Below are positions 21,280-33,526 of a DNA stretch of 64,000 nucleotides, one piece after another. How positions within the stretch are numbered: the first letter of the stretch is position 1; each line of letters begins with the position of its first letter. The notes under the pieces were generated by a model, which was not told the DNA's origin, searched no databases, and saw only the letters and a list, made by a program, of their open reading frames with translations. Source of the DNA: an uncultured Candidatus Rokubacteria bacterium (GTDB taxonomy: Bacteria; Methylomirabilota; Methylomirabilia; Rokubacteriales; CSP1-6); NCBI GenBank assembly GCA_963789955.1, contig CAWBMV010000034.1, positions 1 through 64,000 of the forward strand. Direction: 5' to 3'. The position numbers were made by a program, and so were the translations under genes.

Positions 21280-22163
21280 GAGCGCCTCGTCATGATGAGG
21301 AACGCTTCCTCCAGGTCGGCGCCCGTCACCTCGAGATCGCGCACCGTCACGCCGCGCTCGAACAGTGCTCGAAGAACCGCCTCGGGCTCGTTGCTGAGCA
21401 GGCGCACGCGATGATCGGCGATCTCGAGATTCTGCACCGGGAGGCCGCTGAACGACGCCTCGCCGAGCGCCGTCTCGCAGCTGAAGTTCACGCGCTTGCT
21501 CGGGATCCGCGCCTTGATCTCACGCGGCGTCGCGTCGGCGATGACGACGCCGTGATCGATCACGACGATCCGATGCGGCCAACTGATCCGCCTCTTCGAG
21601 ATAGTGCGTGGTGAGCACGATCGTCTTGCCGGCGTTGGAGAGCGCGCGAATGCTCGCGAGCACGCCGCGCCGCGCCTCGACGTCCATGCCCACGGTCGGT
21701 TCGTCGAGGAAGAGCGCTTCCGGATCGCCGCACACGGCGAGCGCGAAGTAGAGCCGCTGGCGCTCGCCGCCGGAGAGCGTGCCGATTCTGGCGCCGGCCT
21801 TGGGTTCGAGCCCGGCCAGCGCGATCGCGCGGGCGGTCGGCAGCGGCGAGGGGTAGTAGGCGCGGAAGAGATCCACGATCTCCGTGACGGTGAGCACGCC
21901 CGTCGTCCCGGATTCCTGCAGCATCACGCCGCAGCGGCTCCGCGCGCGGCGATCCGTTCGGGTTGAGCCCGAAGAGCCGGGCCTCGCCCGCGGTCGGCTG
22001 CCGGAGACCGAGCATCAAGGCTGATCGACGTCGTCTTGCCGGCGCCGTTCGGCCCGAGGAGCGCGACCAGCTCGCCGGGCCCGATCGCGAGATCGACTCC
22101 CTTGACCGCCTCGATCTCGCCGAACCGCTTCCGCGCCCCGCGTAGCTCGACCACCGCTGTCAT
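21276..22163 (-). CDS. ABC exporter ATP-binding protein; frameshifted
   Basis: [38 protein letters not shown]. Confidence 0.9.
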
Positions 22164-22199
22164 CGCGCCCAGAGTATCAGTCAATCGCGCGGCGTCTTC

Positions 22200-22308
22200 G
22201 AGCGTGGAGTCGGGCGAGCAAAAGGAAAAGGCCGAGACGGTCGCCAGAAGCGTTCCTGGCGTCAAGCGCCTCGTCAGCACGCTCGAAGTCCGGACGCGAC
22301 AGGAATAG
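22200..22308 (+). pseudogene. Orphan C-terminal fragment of a BON-domain protein
   Basis: [30 protein letters not shown] resembles a BON C-terminus; no N-terminus or start. Confidence 0.55.
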
Positions 22309-22368
22309 ACATCTCCTCAGCGAGCCGCACCGCCGGTTTCGCCGGACGGCTCCGCCGAGCACTTTCTC

Positions 22369-23733
22369 CTAGAGCAGCGTGCCGCGCAGGACGGCGAACG
22401 CCACGGTGAAGTAGATCACGAGGCCGGTGACGTCCACGAGCGTCGCCACGAACGGGGCCGAGGCGCTCGCCGGATCGAACCCGAGCCGACGCAAGACGAA
22501 GGGCAGCATCGAGCCGGCCAGCGAGCCGAACGTCACGACGCCGATCAGCGCCAGGCCGACCGTGAGGGCGATCAAGAACCAGTGCTCGCCGTAGTCGTAG
22601 AACCCGAGGAACTGCCAGGACACGATCCGCGCGATGCCGATGCCTCCGAGAATGGAGCCGAGCGCGATGCCGGTCGGAAGCTCGCGCAACGCCACCCGGT
22701 ACCAGTCACCCAGGCGGAGGTCGCGCAGCGCCAGGGCGCGGATGATGAGCGAGGTCGCCTGTGATCCGGAGTTACCCCCGGAGCTCATGATCAGCGGAAT
22801 GAAGAGCGTGAGCACGATCGCACGGCTCAGCGCTCCCTCGAAGTGCTGCATGGCCGTGGCGGTGAGCATCTCGCTCAAGAAGAGCGCGCACAGCCAGCCG
22901 CCCCGCTTGCGAATCATCGTCCCGAAGCTGACTTTCGTATACGGCTCGTCGAGCTCTTGCACGCCGCCGAGCTTGTGGACGTCCTCCGTCTGCTCCTTGA
23001 TCATCGCGTCGATGACGTCGTCCACGGTGACGATGCCGAGCAGGTGGCCGCCCTCGTCGATGACAGGCACGGCCAGCAGGTCGTACTTCGCGATCAGGCG
23101 AGCCGCTTCCTCCCGATCGGTCCACGCTTTGACGGTGACGGGAGGATGTCGCTCACCGATCTCGAGCAAGGTGCGGGTGGGATCGGCGAGCACGAGCTCT
23201 CGCAGGGTGACCACGTGAATCAGGCGACGGTCCACCGGATCGAGGACGTAGACGGCATAGACGGGTCGCCGCGGGTGGCCGCTGCCGCGGATCTGCGCGA
23301 GCGCGCGTTCCGCCGTCCACGTCGCGGGCGCCTCGACGTGCTCCGTGGTCATGATCCCGCCCGCCGTCCCCGCCGGATAGACCAGGAGTGACTGTAATGA
23401 CGCTCGGGAGCTCGGGTCGAGTGCGGTCAGCAGCCGCGCGGCGACGCCCTGGGGCAGCGCACGGAAGACCTCAGTGCGCTGATCGGCCGACATCGCTTCC
23501 ATCAACGCCACGGCCTTCTCGATGGGCAGGTGCTCGAACAGGTGTGCCCGGTGATCGAGCTCCGGCTGGTTGAGCGCGCGCACCGCCAGATCGAACGGCA
23601 GCGCGGCCAGCACGCGCGCCGCCGCGTGGGGTTCGATGGCGTTCAGCGCGTCGGCGACGTCGGCGTCGTGGACACGCTCGAGCGTTTGCGCGAGATGGGC
23701 GGTGTCGGGCGTGGCGAGCTCACGATCGTCCAT
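22369..23733 (-). CDS. mgtE: Magnesium transporter MgtE
   Basis: TAGGIMT, CBS pair with GIVTVDD, FIPLIMSSGGNSGSQ, DPASASAPFVATLVD. Confidence 0.95.
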   Translation of the reverse strand: MDDRELATPDTAHLAQTLERVHDADVADALNAIEPHAAARVLAALPFDLAVRALNQPELDHRAHLFEHLPIEKAVALMEAMSADQRTEVFRALPQGVAARLLTALDPSSRASLQSLLVYPAGTAGGIMTTEHVEAPATWTAERALAQIRGSGHPRRPVYAVYVLDPVDRRLIHVVTLRELVLADPTRTLLEIGERHPPVTVKAWTDREEAARLIAKYDLLAVPVIDEGGHLLGIVTVDDVIDAMIKEQTEDVHKLGGVQELDEPYTKVSFGTMIRKRGGWLCALFLSEMLTATAMQHFEGALSRAIVLTLFIPLIMSSGGNSGSQATSLIIRALALRDLRLGDWYRVALRELPTGIALGSILGGIGIARIVSWQFLGFYDYGEHWFLIALTVGLALIGVVTFGSLAGSMLPFVLRRLGFDPASASAPFVATLVDVTGLVIYFTVAFAVLRGTLL

Positions 23734-23879
23734 GGCATCTCCGTGTGGTGGTCGCCACATCGACGGGCATGTTCTCTACGGTCGCTCGCAGTGAATTGTA
23801 CGAGATGTCGGCGGCACAACGAGAGCAACATCCGACCGGCGGCGGCCCGGCTCGTGGATCACCGGGGCCGCCCAGGCGT

Positions 23880-24704
23880 CTACCGTTGCGGCGGGCTCCC
23901 GTACGGGCTGTAGGAGGTCCCGTCGCGCGTAGACACGTGGCCGTGTGCATTGCGAGGAACGAGGGCCTCACCGCTCAGAATCTGCTGTTCCCTCCGAGCG
24001 AATAACGCGTAGTCCATCGACGGCCGGTATCCGGCCGTCGCCGCGTGCTGTGGGCTCTCGAAGTGCACGAACGGATCTGCGAGCAGAAGGTGGCGGGACC
24101 CGTCGTCCGGATGAAAATAAATCTGCAGTCGCGTGTTTCCGAAGACGCCGGCGGGCCGGGGCCGATGATACTGTGCGGCGTCCGGGTCGGCCCAGAGGCC
24201 GCGTCTCGCCTGACGCGCTTCACGCTGCCGCGTCATGAATGTCTCGCGATGCCGAACGTTTGGTGGGTACGTGGCCACTTCAGCGTAGCCGGCGGCCACA
24301 AGCTCGGCGTTCAGGAACGAGTCTCCGGCATACACGTACGCGAGCAGGCGGCCGAAACGATCACGACGCTGGACGTCGAAGACGAGCTGAACGTTCTTGC
24401 CGGTCGCCAGTCGGGCGTTGGTGGCTTTGGCCGCTTCGCCGGATCGCTCGGCACCGCGCGTGGGGAGCTGAATCTCTGGGGTGCTGATTCCGATGTAGCG
24501 GACGATCTCGGTGCGGTCTCCGATCTTCACCTCGATGGCTTCGCCGTCGATCGCGCGGGCGACCTGGGCACTCGTGGGCGTCCATTGCGATTGAGCCGCC
24601 GCCACGGAAGCCGTGGCCAGCAGCGCCAGCGCGCACAGTGTCACGAGAGGCCGGCGCGCCTCCACCGCGGCTCCAGTGTCACTATTGGCGACAGCGGCTG
24701 CCAT
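23880..24704 (-). CDS. Secreted thermonuclease (SNase) family protein with Ada-like C-terminal segment
   Basis: VRYIGISTPE, RDRFGRLLAYVY, NAELVAAGYA, ARQARRGLW, then FESPQHAATAGYRP. Confidence 0.85.
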   Translation of the reverse strand: MAAAVANSDTGAAVEARRPLVTLCALALLATASVAAAQSQWTPTSAQVARAIDGEAIEVKIGDRTEIVRYIGISTPEIQLPTRGAERSGEAAKATNARLATGKNVQLVFDVQRRDRFGRLLAYVYAGDSFLNAELVAAGYAEVATYPPNVRHRETFMTRQREARQARRGLWADPDAAQYHRPRPAGVFGNTRLQIYFHPDDGSRHLLLADPFVHFESPQHAATAGYRPSMDYALFARREQQILSGEALVPRNAHGHVSTRDGTSYSPYGSPPQR

Positions 24705-24921
24705 GATGACCAGGGGCTAGTGGCCGATAGACCCCATACAAACCCATTGTTCACTTCTCCCGAGCTTCTGGGGGTGCAACCGAGATGCCACCTCGGGTCA
24801 GAATAGTCGAGGGGCGGCGCCCCGTTGGACCCCGCATCTGACGACCCGCCGCAGAGCTAGTTTCGCCGGACGCCCCGATCTTGTATCCTCCCTGCATCCG
24901 ACTACAAAGGAGCCCGGTCAT

Positions 24922-25846
24922 ATGAAAGAGCTGAACATCTGGATGAACGGCAAGCTCGTGCCCCAGGCGCAGGCGGTCCTGCCCGTCAACAGCGCCGCCG
25001 TGTTCTACGCGACCAACGTGTTCGAGGGGCTCCGCGCCTACTGGAACGCGGCCGACGACGAGGTGTATTCCTTCCGTCTGCCCGAGCACTTCCAGCGCTT
25101 CCGGGAGTCGATGAAGATGATGCGCTTCACGATTCCCTACAGCGACCTCGATCTCTACGAGGCCGTGCGCCAGGTGCTTTCCGGAAACGAGATCAAGGAA
25201 GACATCCACATGCACATGGTGCGCGTACGTGACGGGCACCGGGCTCAACGCCACGACGCCGACCGGCATCTACATCAACCCGCGGCGCCGGCCGCGCGTC
25301 GAGGAAGGCAGCGGCCTCAAGTGCTGCGTGAGCTCCTGGGTTCGCACGTCGGACAACGCGATCCCGATCCGTCTGAAGTGCGGCGCCAACTACCAGAACG
25401 GGCGGCTCGCGACCCTGCAGGCGAATGCCGACGGCTACGACCAGCCGATCCTTCTCAACAAGGAAGGGCACGTCGCCGAGGGCACCGGCGCGACGTTCTT
25501 CATGGTGCGCAAGGGCCGGCTCGTGACGCCGCCGATCACCGCGGACATCCTCGAGAGCATCACGCGCACGACCCTGATGGACTCGATCTGCCCTGAGCTC
25601 CTGGGCATGGGCGTCGTCGAGCGCGAGATCGATCGCACCGAGCTTTACGTGGCCGACGAGGCGTTCCTCTGCGGCAGCGGCTACGAGATCACGCCGATCC
25701 TCTCGATCGACAAGTTCCCGCTCGGCGACGGCAAGGTCGGCCCGATCACGGCGCGTCTCACCCGGGCGTACATGGACATCGTGCGCGGGGTCGACAGCCG
25801 GTTCCCGGAGTGGCGCACGCCGACCTATCGCCCCGTGCGGGTGTAG
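24922..25846 (+). CDS. ilvE: Branched-chain amino acid aminotransferase (class IV); frameshift near 25222
   Basis: IWMNGKLV, VFEGLRAY, KCGANYQN, EGTGATFF, ILESITR, ELYVADEAFLCG. Confidence 0.85.
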
Positions 25847-26032
25847 TGGACGTGCGCGCTGCAGGCCGTCGCGGGGCTGGGGCCCCGCCGGCCGAGGCGC
25901 GCCTATGATGGACGTGCGCGCTACAGGCCGTCGCGGGGCTGGGGTCCCGCCGGCCGAGGCGCGCCTATGATGGACGTGCGCGCTGCAGGCCGTCGCGGGG
26001 CTGGGGCCCCGCCGGCCGAGGCGCGCCTATAA
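25847..26032. repeat. Three tandem 62-bp REP-like units
   Basis: tggacgtgcgcgctgcaggccgtcgcggggctggggccccgccggccgaggcgcgcctatga starting at 25847, 25909 and 25971. Confidence 0.9.
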
Positions 26033-26036
26033 CCCA

Positions 26037-27197
26037 ATGAACTTTCCCGGCTTCCGGCTGCCGGACGAGCTGCTCGCGCTGCGCGAGCAGATCCGAAGGG
26101 TCGTGCGCGACGAGGTCATCCCCGTCGAGCAGCGGATCGACCCCGACGCGCCCGAGCTGCCGGACGACGACTACCAGAGGATCTCGGCCAAGACGAAGGC
26201 CGCGGGGCTCTGGGCGCTCGGCGCTCCCGAGCAGTACGGGGGCGGCGGCCTCGACACGTTCTCGATGTGCGTGGCGCTCGAGGAGATGTCGCAGCACCGG
26301 ATGGGTCTCTACAATCCGGGCTGCGGCGTCTTCGGGCGCTATCCGCCTCCCGCGATCTGGGCCGGCAGCAAGGAGCAGATCGCGAAGTACGCGGTCCCGA
26401 CGATCCGCGATGGCCTGAAGACGTTCTTCGCCATCACCGAGCCCTCGGGCGGCTCCGATCCCGCCGGGGCGATCCAGACCCGCGCCGAGAAGCGCGGCGA
26501 CCGCTGGGTCCTCAACGGACGCAAGGTCTTCACCTCTCGCGCCCACGACGCGCCGTGGGGCCTCGTGTGGGCGCGCACCGACAAGACCAAAGGCCGCGGC
26601 GGTATCTCGTGCTTCATCCTCGAGCGGGGCACGCCGGGCTTCACCGCGCGGCCCATCAAGGTCATCAGGACCTCCGCGATCCCGAACGACGTCACCCTGG
26701 AAGACTGCGAGGTCCCCGCCGAGAACCTCGTCGGCGCCGAGGGGCAGGGGCTCGATCTCGCCTTCGAGCTGCTCGTGAAGAACCGCTTCCCGTACTCGGC
26801 CTGCAACCTCGGCGTCGCCGTCGCCGCGCATCGCATGGCCATCGCTCACGCCAAGCAGCGCTCGACCTTCGGCGCGCCGCTCTCCCAGCGCCAGGCCATC
26901 CAGTGGATGCTCGCCGACGCCGAGGTCGAGCTGCGCGCCTGCCGCTGGATCATCTGGGAGGGCGCCTGGAAGGCCGACCGCGGTGAGGACGCGCGGGTCG
27001 AGGCGTCGATCGCCAAGCTCTACTCGAGCGAGGTGCTCGGCCGCGTCATCGATTCCGCGGTGCAGATCCACGGCGCCTACGGTGTCTCGAAGGAATTTCC
27101 GCTCGAGCGCTGGTACCGCGAAGCGCGCGTGCGCCGCATCGGCGAGGGCCCGTCCGAGGTCCACCGCATGGTGATCGCGCGCTCGCTCTTCCGCTAG
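26037..27197 (+). CDS. Acyl-CoA dehydrogenase
   Basis: FAITEPSGGSD, WVLNGRKVF, AVQIHGAYG, RIGEGPSEV. Confidence 0.95.
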   Translation: MNFPGFRLPDELLALREQIRRVVRDEVIPVEQRIDPDAPELPDDDYQRISAKTKAAGLWALGAPEQYGGGGLDTFSMCVALEEMSQHRMGLYNPGCGVFGRYPPPAIWAGSKEQIAKYAVPTIRDGLKTFFAITEPSGGSDPAGAIQTRAEKRGDRWVLNGRKVFTSRAHDAPWGLVWARTDKTKGRGGISCFILERGTPGFTARPIKVIRTSAIPNDVTLEDCEVPAENLVGAEGQGLDLAFELLVKNRFPYSACNLGVAVAAHRMAIAHAKQRSTFGAPLSQRQAIQWMLADAEVELRACRWIIWEGAWKADRGEDARVEASIAKLYSSEVLGRVIDSAVQIHGAYGVSKEFPLERWYREARVRRIGEGPSEVHRMVIARSLFR

Positions 27198-27214
27198 ACC
27201 CCGGGGGTACGTCC

Positions 27215-27988
27215 ATGGCCGACGAAATCCTGTACGCGGTGGCCGACGGCATCGCGACCATCACCTTGAACCGTCCCGAGCGCCGCAACGCGCTCAACAC
27301 CGCGCTCATGGACGCGCTGAGCCGTCGTTTCGACGCGCTCGAGAGCGACACGAGCGTCCGGGCGGTGGTGATCCGGGGCGCCGGCCAGGCGTTCTGCTCA
27401 GGCCGAGATCTCAACGAGATGAGCCGGCGACAGGACGACGGGCTCGAGCCCGAGGCCGACGTGATCGCGTTGTTCCAGCAGATCGAAGCCTCGCGCCATC
27501 CGACGATCGCGATGGTCCACGGCGCGGCGTACGCGGGCGGGTGCGAGCTCGCCCTGCACTGCGATTTTCGCGTCGCCGCCGACGTGGCGCGCTTCGCGAT
27601 GCCGCTGGCCAAGATCGGGCTCGTCGTGCCCTTCGCGCTCGGCCAGAAGCTCGTCGAGATCATCGGCCCGGCGTTCACGCGGCAGATCCTTCTCACGGGC
27701 CAGCCGGTGGACGCCAAGCGCGCGTACGAGATGGGGATGGTGCACACGGTCGTTCCCGCCGCCGAGCTCGAGCAGGCCACCTACGATATGGCGCGCACGA
27801 TCGCCGGCAACGCGCCGCTCTCGCTCGCCGGAATGAAGTCGATCATCCGCCGTGCGGTCTCGCTGCGCGAGCGGCTCGAGCACAAGGATCTCGACGAGGT
27901 CGCGCGCCGGGCGCGCGCCAGCGCCGACGCGCGCGAAGGCGTCCGAGCGATGCTCGAGCATCGCCGTCCGATTTTTCGCGGTCAGTAG
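27215..27988 (+). CDS. Enoyl-CoA hydratase/isomerase family protein
   Basis: ITLNRPERRNAL, AFCSGRDL, AGGCELALHCD. Confidence 0.9.
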   Translation: MADEILYAVADGIATITLNRPERRNALNTALMDALSRRFDALESDTSVRAVVIRGAGQAFCSGRDLNEMSRRQDDGLEPEADVIALFQQIEASRHPTIAMVHGAAYAGGCELALHCDFRVAADVARFAMPLAKIGLVVPFALGQKLVEIIGPAFTRQILLTGQPVDAKRAYEMGMVHTVVPAAELEQATYDMARTIAGNAPLSLAGMKSIIRRAVSLRERLEHKDLDEVARRARASADAREGVRAMLEHRRPIFRGQ

Positions 27989-27996
27989 CTCCCCGG

Positions 27997-28573
27997 TCAG
28001 CGGCCGCCAAAGCGGCGAGCCAGCGGCGACGACCGCGCCGCCTGCACCTGGGTCGGCGTCAGCTCGGCCGATCGGCTGAGCGTGCCCGAGTACATGAGAT
28101 TCCGCGTCCAGGTCTGATCGTGCGGGGCGTGCTCCGGCCTGCGACCGCTGTCGACGTGAGGCAGCGCGAGCAGGTGACCGAGCTCGTGGGCCAGCATCCG
28201 CGAGGTCGCACCGAGGTCCGAGCCGTGGGCGATCACGCAGACCCGCGTCTGCTGCCGGGACTGGGTTCCGAGCTCGGCCTTCCACGACTCGATCGACCAG
28301 CAGCACCCGGATCCCATCGCCGGCCTTGTAGGTCGCCGCGAGGAAGTCGTAGCCCGCCTCGTCGACCGCGTCGCTCGCGCCGCCCGACGGCATCGTCTCG
28401 ACGACCTGCTCGCACGTGCCGAGCGGGAATTCGATGTTGGCGTGCGCCTTCAGGAGGTCACTGGCGTGCCGTAGCACCGCGACCGCGTGCTCCTCCGTCC
28501 AGCGCTGGGACAGCTCGAGGTCGCCGCGGCGCAGGGTGACGATCGTGAGGTCGGCGGGGATGATGATCGCCAC
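27997..28573 (-). CDS. Small metzincin-like zinc-binding protein; frameshift near 28295
   Basis: LAHELGHLLALPH followed by Met-turn-like NLMY. Confidence 0.6.
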
Positions 28574-28598
28574 CGGGTGGCCCCCGAGCGCGGCTGCG

Positions 28599-29660
<1,062 letters not shown>

Positions 29661-29726
29661 GCAGCGCAATGTACACGCGAAGGGCCGACTCTTCAACGGC
29701 CACGCCATGTTACCCTTCGACCCGCG

Positions 29727-32017
29727 GTGAACCGTCTGGAGCTCCTGGACCGGATCCAGAAGAAGGTGCTGTGGCTCGGCACCTACATGGTCCACCACGC
29801 CAACGCGCTCCGTCCGAACGCGGACGGCCTGAAGGTCGGCGGCCACCAGGCGTCGTCGTCCTCGATCGTCAGCCTGCTGACCGCGCTCTACTTCGACGCG
29901 CTCCGTCCCGACGATCTCGTCGCCGTGAAGGCTCACGCGTCGCCGGCGTTCTACGCGATCCAGTACCTGCGCGGGCGGCTGACGGCCGAGGCGCTGCGCG
30001 AGCTGCGGACCTTCGGCGGGCTCCAGGCTTACCCGAGCCGTCGCAAGAATGCCGACGTCGTCGACCTCTCGACCGGCTCGATGGGCCTCGGCGCCGTGCA
30101 GGCGACGTTCGGAGCGCTGGCGTCGCGCTACGTCGCCGATCATTTCGGCGGTCGAGCGACGCGGGCGCGTCATCGTCATCGTCGGGGACGCCGAGCTCGA
30201 CGAGGGGAACGTGGCCGAGGCGCTGGCCGAGGAGGTCGTCGCGCGGCTGTCCAACGTCCTCTGGATCGTGGACGTGAACCGTCAGTCGCTCGACCGCATC
30301 GTGCCCGACGGGCGTCTGCGCCAGATGCGGGCGATGTTCGAGGCGGGTGGATGGCACGTCAGCGAGCTCAAGTGGGGGCGAAAGCTTCAGGCCGTCTTCG
30401 ACACGCGTGGTGGCGAGAAGCTCCGCGAGCGCCTGCAAGGGATGACGAACACGGAGTACCAGCGTCTTCTCCGCCTGCCGCCCGGCGCCGCGCGCAAGGC
30501 GCTCGTGGCGAAGGACGCGGGTGGAATCGACCGGACGCTCGACCGGCTGCTCTCCGGCACGAGCGACGCCGCGCTCGCCGAGCTCGTCGCCGACGTCGGC
30601 GGTCACGATCTCCAGCTCCTCGCCGAGGCACTCGCCGCGGCCGGGAAGGTGAGCGACCGGCCCTCGGTCATCTTCGCCAGCACCATCAAGGGCTGGGGGC
30701 TTCCGCTGGCCGGCGATCCCCTCAATCACACGATGCTCCTCACCCAGAGCCAGATCGACGAGCTGCGGGCGTCGCTCGGTATCCGCGAAGGCCGCGAGTG
30801 GGACGGGTTCGCGCCGGACAGCGAGGAAGCCAAGCTCGTGCAGCGGCTGCCGCCGCTCTTCACCGCGCCGGCACCGAGCGCGACCAGGGTCGAGATTCCC
30901 GCCGAGCTCGACGAGAGCTACCCGGCGGAGTGCTCGAGCCAGGAGGCGTTCGGTCGCGTGCTCGGCGCGCTGAGCCGGCTGCCGGCGGCGGATCGCATCG
31001 TGACGGTGTCGGCCGACGTCGCGATCACCACGCACCTGGCGGGGTGGATCAACCGCAAGGGCGTCTACTATCCCGAGGCGCGGCGGAACCCGTTCGCGGA
31101 CGTGCCTCAGGCCATGCAGTGGAAGGAGTCGCCGAGCGGTCAGCACATCGAGCTCGGTATCGCCGAGCACAACTTGTTCCTGCTCCTCGGCGCCCTGGGT
31201 CTCTCGCGCGAGCTCCTCGGCGAGACCTTGCTGCCGATCGGCACGCTCTACGATCCCTTCGTCACCCGTGGGCTGGACGCGCTCTATCACGCGCTCTACT
31301 CCGGCTCGCGCTTCGTCGTGGCGGCGACGCCGTCGGGCGTGACGCTCTCGCCGGAGGGCGGCGCGCACCAGTCGGTGATCACGCCCGGGATCGGCGTCGC
31401 GCTGCCGGGGATCGTGTTCTGGGACCCGACGTTCGCCCGCGACGTCGAGTGGATCCTGCTCGACGCGCTTCGCGGTCTCGCCGAGGGCCGCGGCGAGGCG
31501 GCGTACCTGCGACTCTCGACTCGGCCGATCGACCAGTCGCAGGCGCTTGCCGCCGAGTCCGGCGTACCAGACCGACGTGCTGCGCGGGGCCTACCGGCTG
31601 GTGGACGCGCGGAGCGAGCCGGGCTGGGATCCCGAGGTGAACGCGGTCAGCCTCTTTGCCGCCGGTGTCACCGTTCCCGAGGCGATCACGGCGCAGCGCG
31701 CGCTCCGCGAGCGCGGCATCCTGGCGAGCGTCTTCGCGGTGACGAGCCCCGACCGCCTCTATCGCGGTCTGCGAGACGCGCGTCCATATCTCGAAGATCT
31801 CGTGAGCGCCGACGAGGAAGGCGTGCCCGTCGTCTCGGTGCTCGACGGCCACTCGCACGCGCTCGCCTTCATCGGGGCCGCGCTCGGGGTGCCGCAGCAG
31901 GCGCTCGGCGTGGACGACTTCGGTCAGTCCGGGGCGCGCGGCGATCTGTATCGGCACTACGGGATCGACTCGGCCGCCATCGCGCGGGCGGCGCAGGTCC
32001 TGCTGGGCGGGGTATAA
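29727..32017 (+). CDS. aceE: Pyruvate dehydrogenase E1 (AceE-like, transketolase-type TPP enzyme); frameshifts near 30150 and 31545
   Basis: KVGGHQASS, GGLQAYPSR, GDAELDEGN, NRQSLD, IELGIAEHN, EGGAHQS, LGVDDFGQSG. Confidence 0.8.
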
Positions 32018-32030
32018 TTCGCTCAACCCC

Positions 32031-33506
32031 ATGTCGACCTTGACGGATTCCAGGAAACGCGATCTCCGGCGCGAGCTGGAGTCGATCGTCGGCCCCGGCG
32101 CGGTGCTGTCGGACCCCGACGAGCTGATGGTCTACGAATCCGACGGGCTGACCTTGTTCCGGGCGCTCGCTGACTTCGTCGTCTTCCCGACATCGGCCCA
32201 GCACGTCTCGGCAGTCGTGAAGCTCGCGAACCGCGAGAACCTTCCGTTCGTCGCCCGCGGCGCGGGCACCGGGCTCTCGGGCGGATGCCTGCCCACCGAG
32301 GGCGGCATCGTGATCTCGATGATGCGGATGAACCGGGTGCTCGAGGTCGACTACGAGAACCAGCTCGCCGTCGTCGAGCCCGGGCTCGTCAACCTGCACC
32401 TCTCCTGGAAGGTCGGCCCCCGCGGCTACTACTACGCGCCCGATCCCTCGAGCCAGCAGGCGTGCACGATCGGCGGCAACATCGCCAACAACTCCGGCGG
32501 CCCGCACACCTTGAAGTACGGCGTCACCACGAATCACGTGCTCGGCCTCGAAGTGGTCATGCCCGACGGCGAGATCGTGTGGCTCGGCGGCAAGACGCGG
32601 GAGGCGTGCGGCTACGACCTGGCCGGCGTTTTCGTCGGCTCCGAGGGCACGTTCGGGATCGCCACGCGGATCGTCGTCCGCATCCTCAAGAAGCCGCAGG
32701 CCGTCAAGACCGTGCTCGCGGTGTTCGACGCGATCGATCAGGCGTCGGCCGCCGTGTCGGCCATCATCGCGCGCGGACTCGTGCCGGCGGCGATGGAGAT
32801 GATCGACCACCTGACGATCCAGGCGGTCGAGGACGCGTTCAACTGCGGCTACCCGCGCGACGCCGACGCGGCGCTCCTCATCGAGCTGGACGGGCTCGCC
32901 GTCGGGATGGACGTTCAGGCCGAGCACATCGTCGAGGCGTGCCGCGAGTCGGGCGCGCGCGAGGTGCGCACGGCGCGGAGCGAGGCCGAGCGGCAGCTCC
33001 TCTGGAAGGGCCGCAAGTCCGCGTTCGGCGCGTACGGCCGCGTGTCGCCGGCCTACATGGTGATGGACGGCGTCATCCCGCGCACGAAGCTTCCGTACGT
33101 GCTCCGCCGGGTGAACGAGATCGTCGCCGCCGCGGGGCTCCGCGTCGGCAACGTGTTCCACGCCGGCGACGGCAACCTGCATCCCAACATCCTCTACGAT
33201 CCGCGCAAGCCGGGCGAGGAGGCGCGCGTCGTGGCGGCCGGCGCCGAGATCATGAAGGTGTGCGCTCAAGTTGGTGGATCGATCTCCGGCGAGCACGGCA
33301 TCGGCCTCGAGAAAGCCGACTTCATGCCGTTCATTTTTTCCGCCGCAGATCTTGCCCTCATGCATCGGCTGAAGAGCGCGTTCAATCCGTCCGGACTGTG
33401 CAACCCGGGCAAGATCTTCCCGACGAAGAAGTCCTGCGGCGAAGTCGGGCCCGTCGCGTATCGGCCGCACGCGATCGAAGAAAAGGGCCTCGCCCAGCGC
33501 TTCTAG
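32031..33506 (+). CDS. glcD: Glycolate oxidase FAD-linked subunit GlcD
   Basis: RGAGTGLSGG, PDPSSQ..CTIGGN, GSEGTFG, FHAGDGNLHP, GEHGIG, NPGKIFP. Confidence 0.9.
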   Translation: MSTLTDSRKRDLRRELESIVGPGAVLSDPDELMVYESDGLTLFRALADFVVFPTSAQHVSAVVKLANRENLPFVARGAGTGLSGGCLPTEGGIVISMMRMNRVLEVDYENQLAVVEPGLVNLHLSWKVGPRGYYYAPDPSSQQACTIGGNIANNSGGPHTLKYGVTTNHVLGLEVVMPDGEIVWLGGKTREACGYDLAGVFVGSEGTFGIATRIVVRILKKPQAVKTVLAVFDAIDQASAAVSAIIARGLVPAAMEMIDHLTIQAVEDAFNCGYPRDADAALLIELDGLAVGMDVQAEHIVEACRESGAREVRTARSEAERQLLWKGRKSAFGAYGRVSPAYMVMDGVIPRTKLPYVLRRVNEIVAAAGLRVGNVFHAGDGNLHPNILYDPRKPGEEARVVAAGAEIMKVCAQVGGSISGEHGIGLEKADFMPFIFSAADLALMHRLKSAFNPSGLCNPGKIFPTKKSCGEVGPVAYRPHAIEEKGLAQRF

Positions 33507-33526
33507 CGCGGGCCGTCGCAGCATCC

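Noticed and set aside
23734..23880. Magnesium (M-box) riboswitch upstream of mgtE
   Set aside because: No conserved M-box core could be recognised by eye; an Rfam/Infernal scan would be needed.
25847..26032. Possible CRISPR array
   Set aside because: The units are contiguous near-identical 62-mers with no unique spacers, there are no cas genes, and single copies occur at other gene ends.
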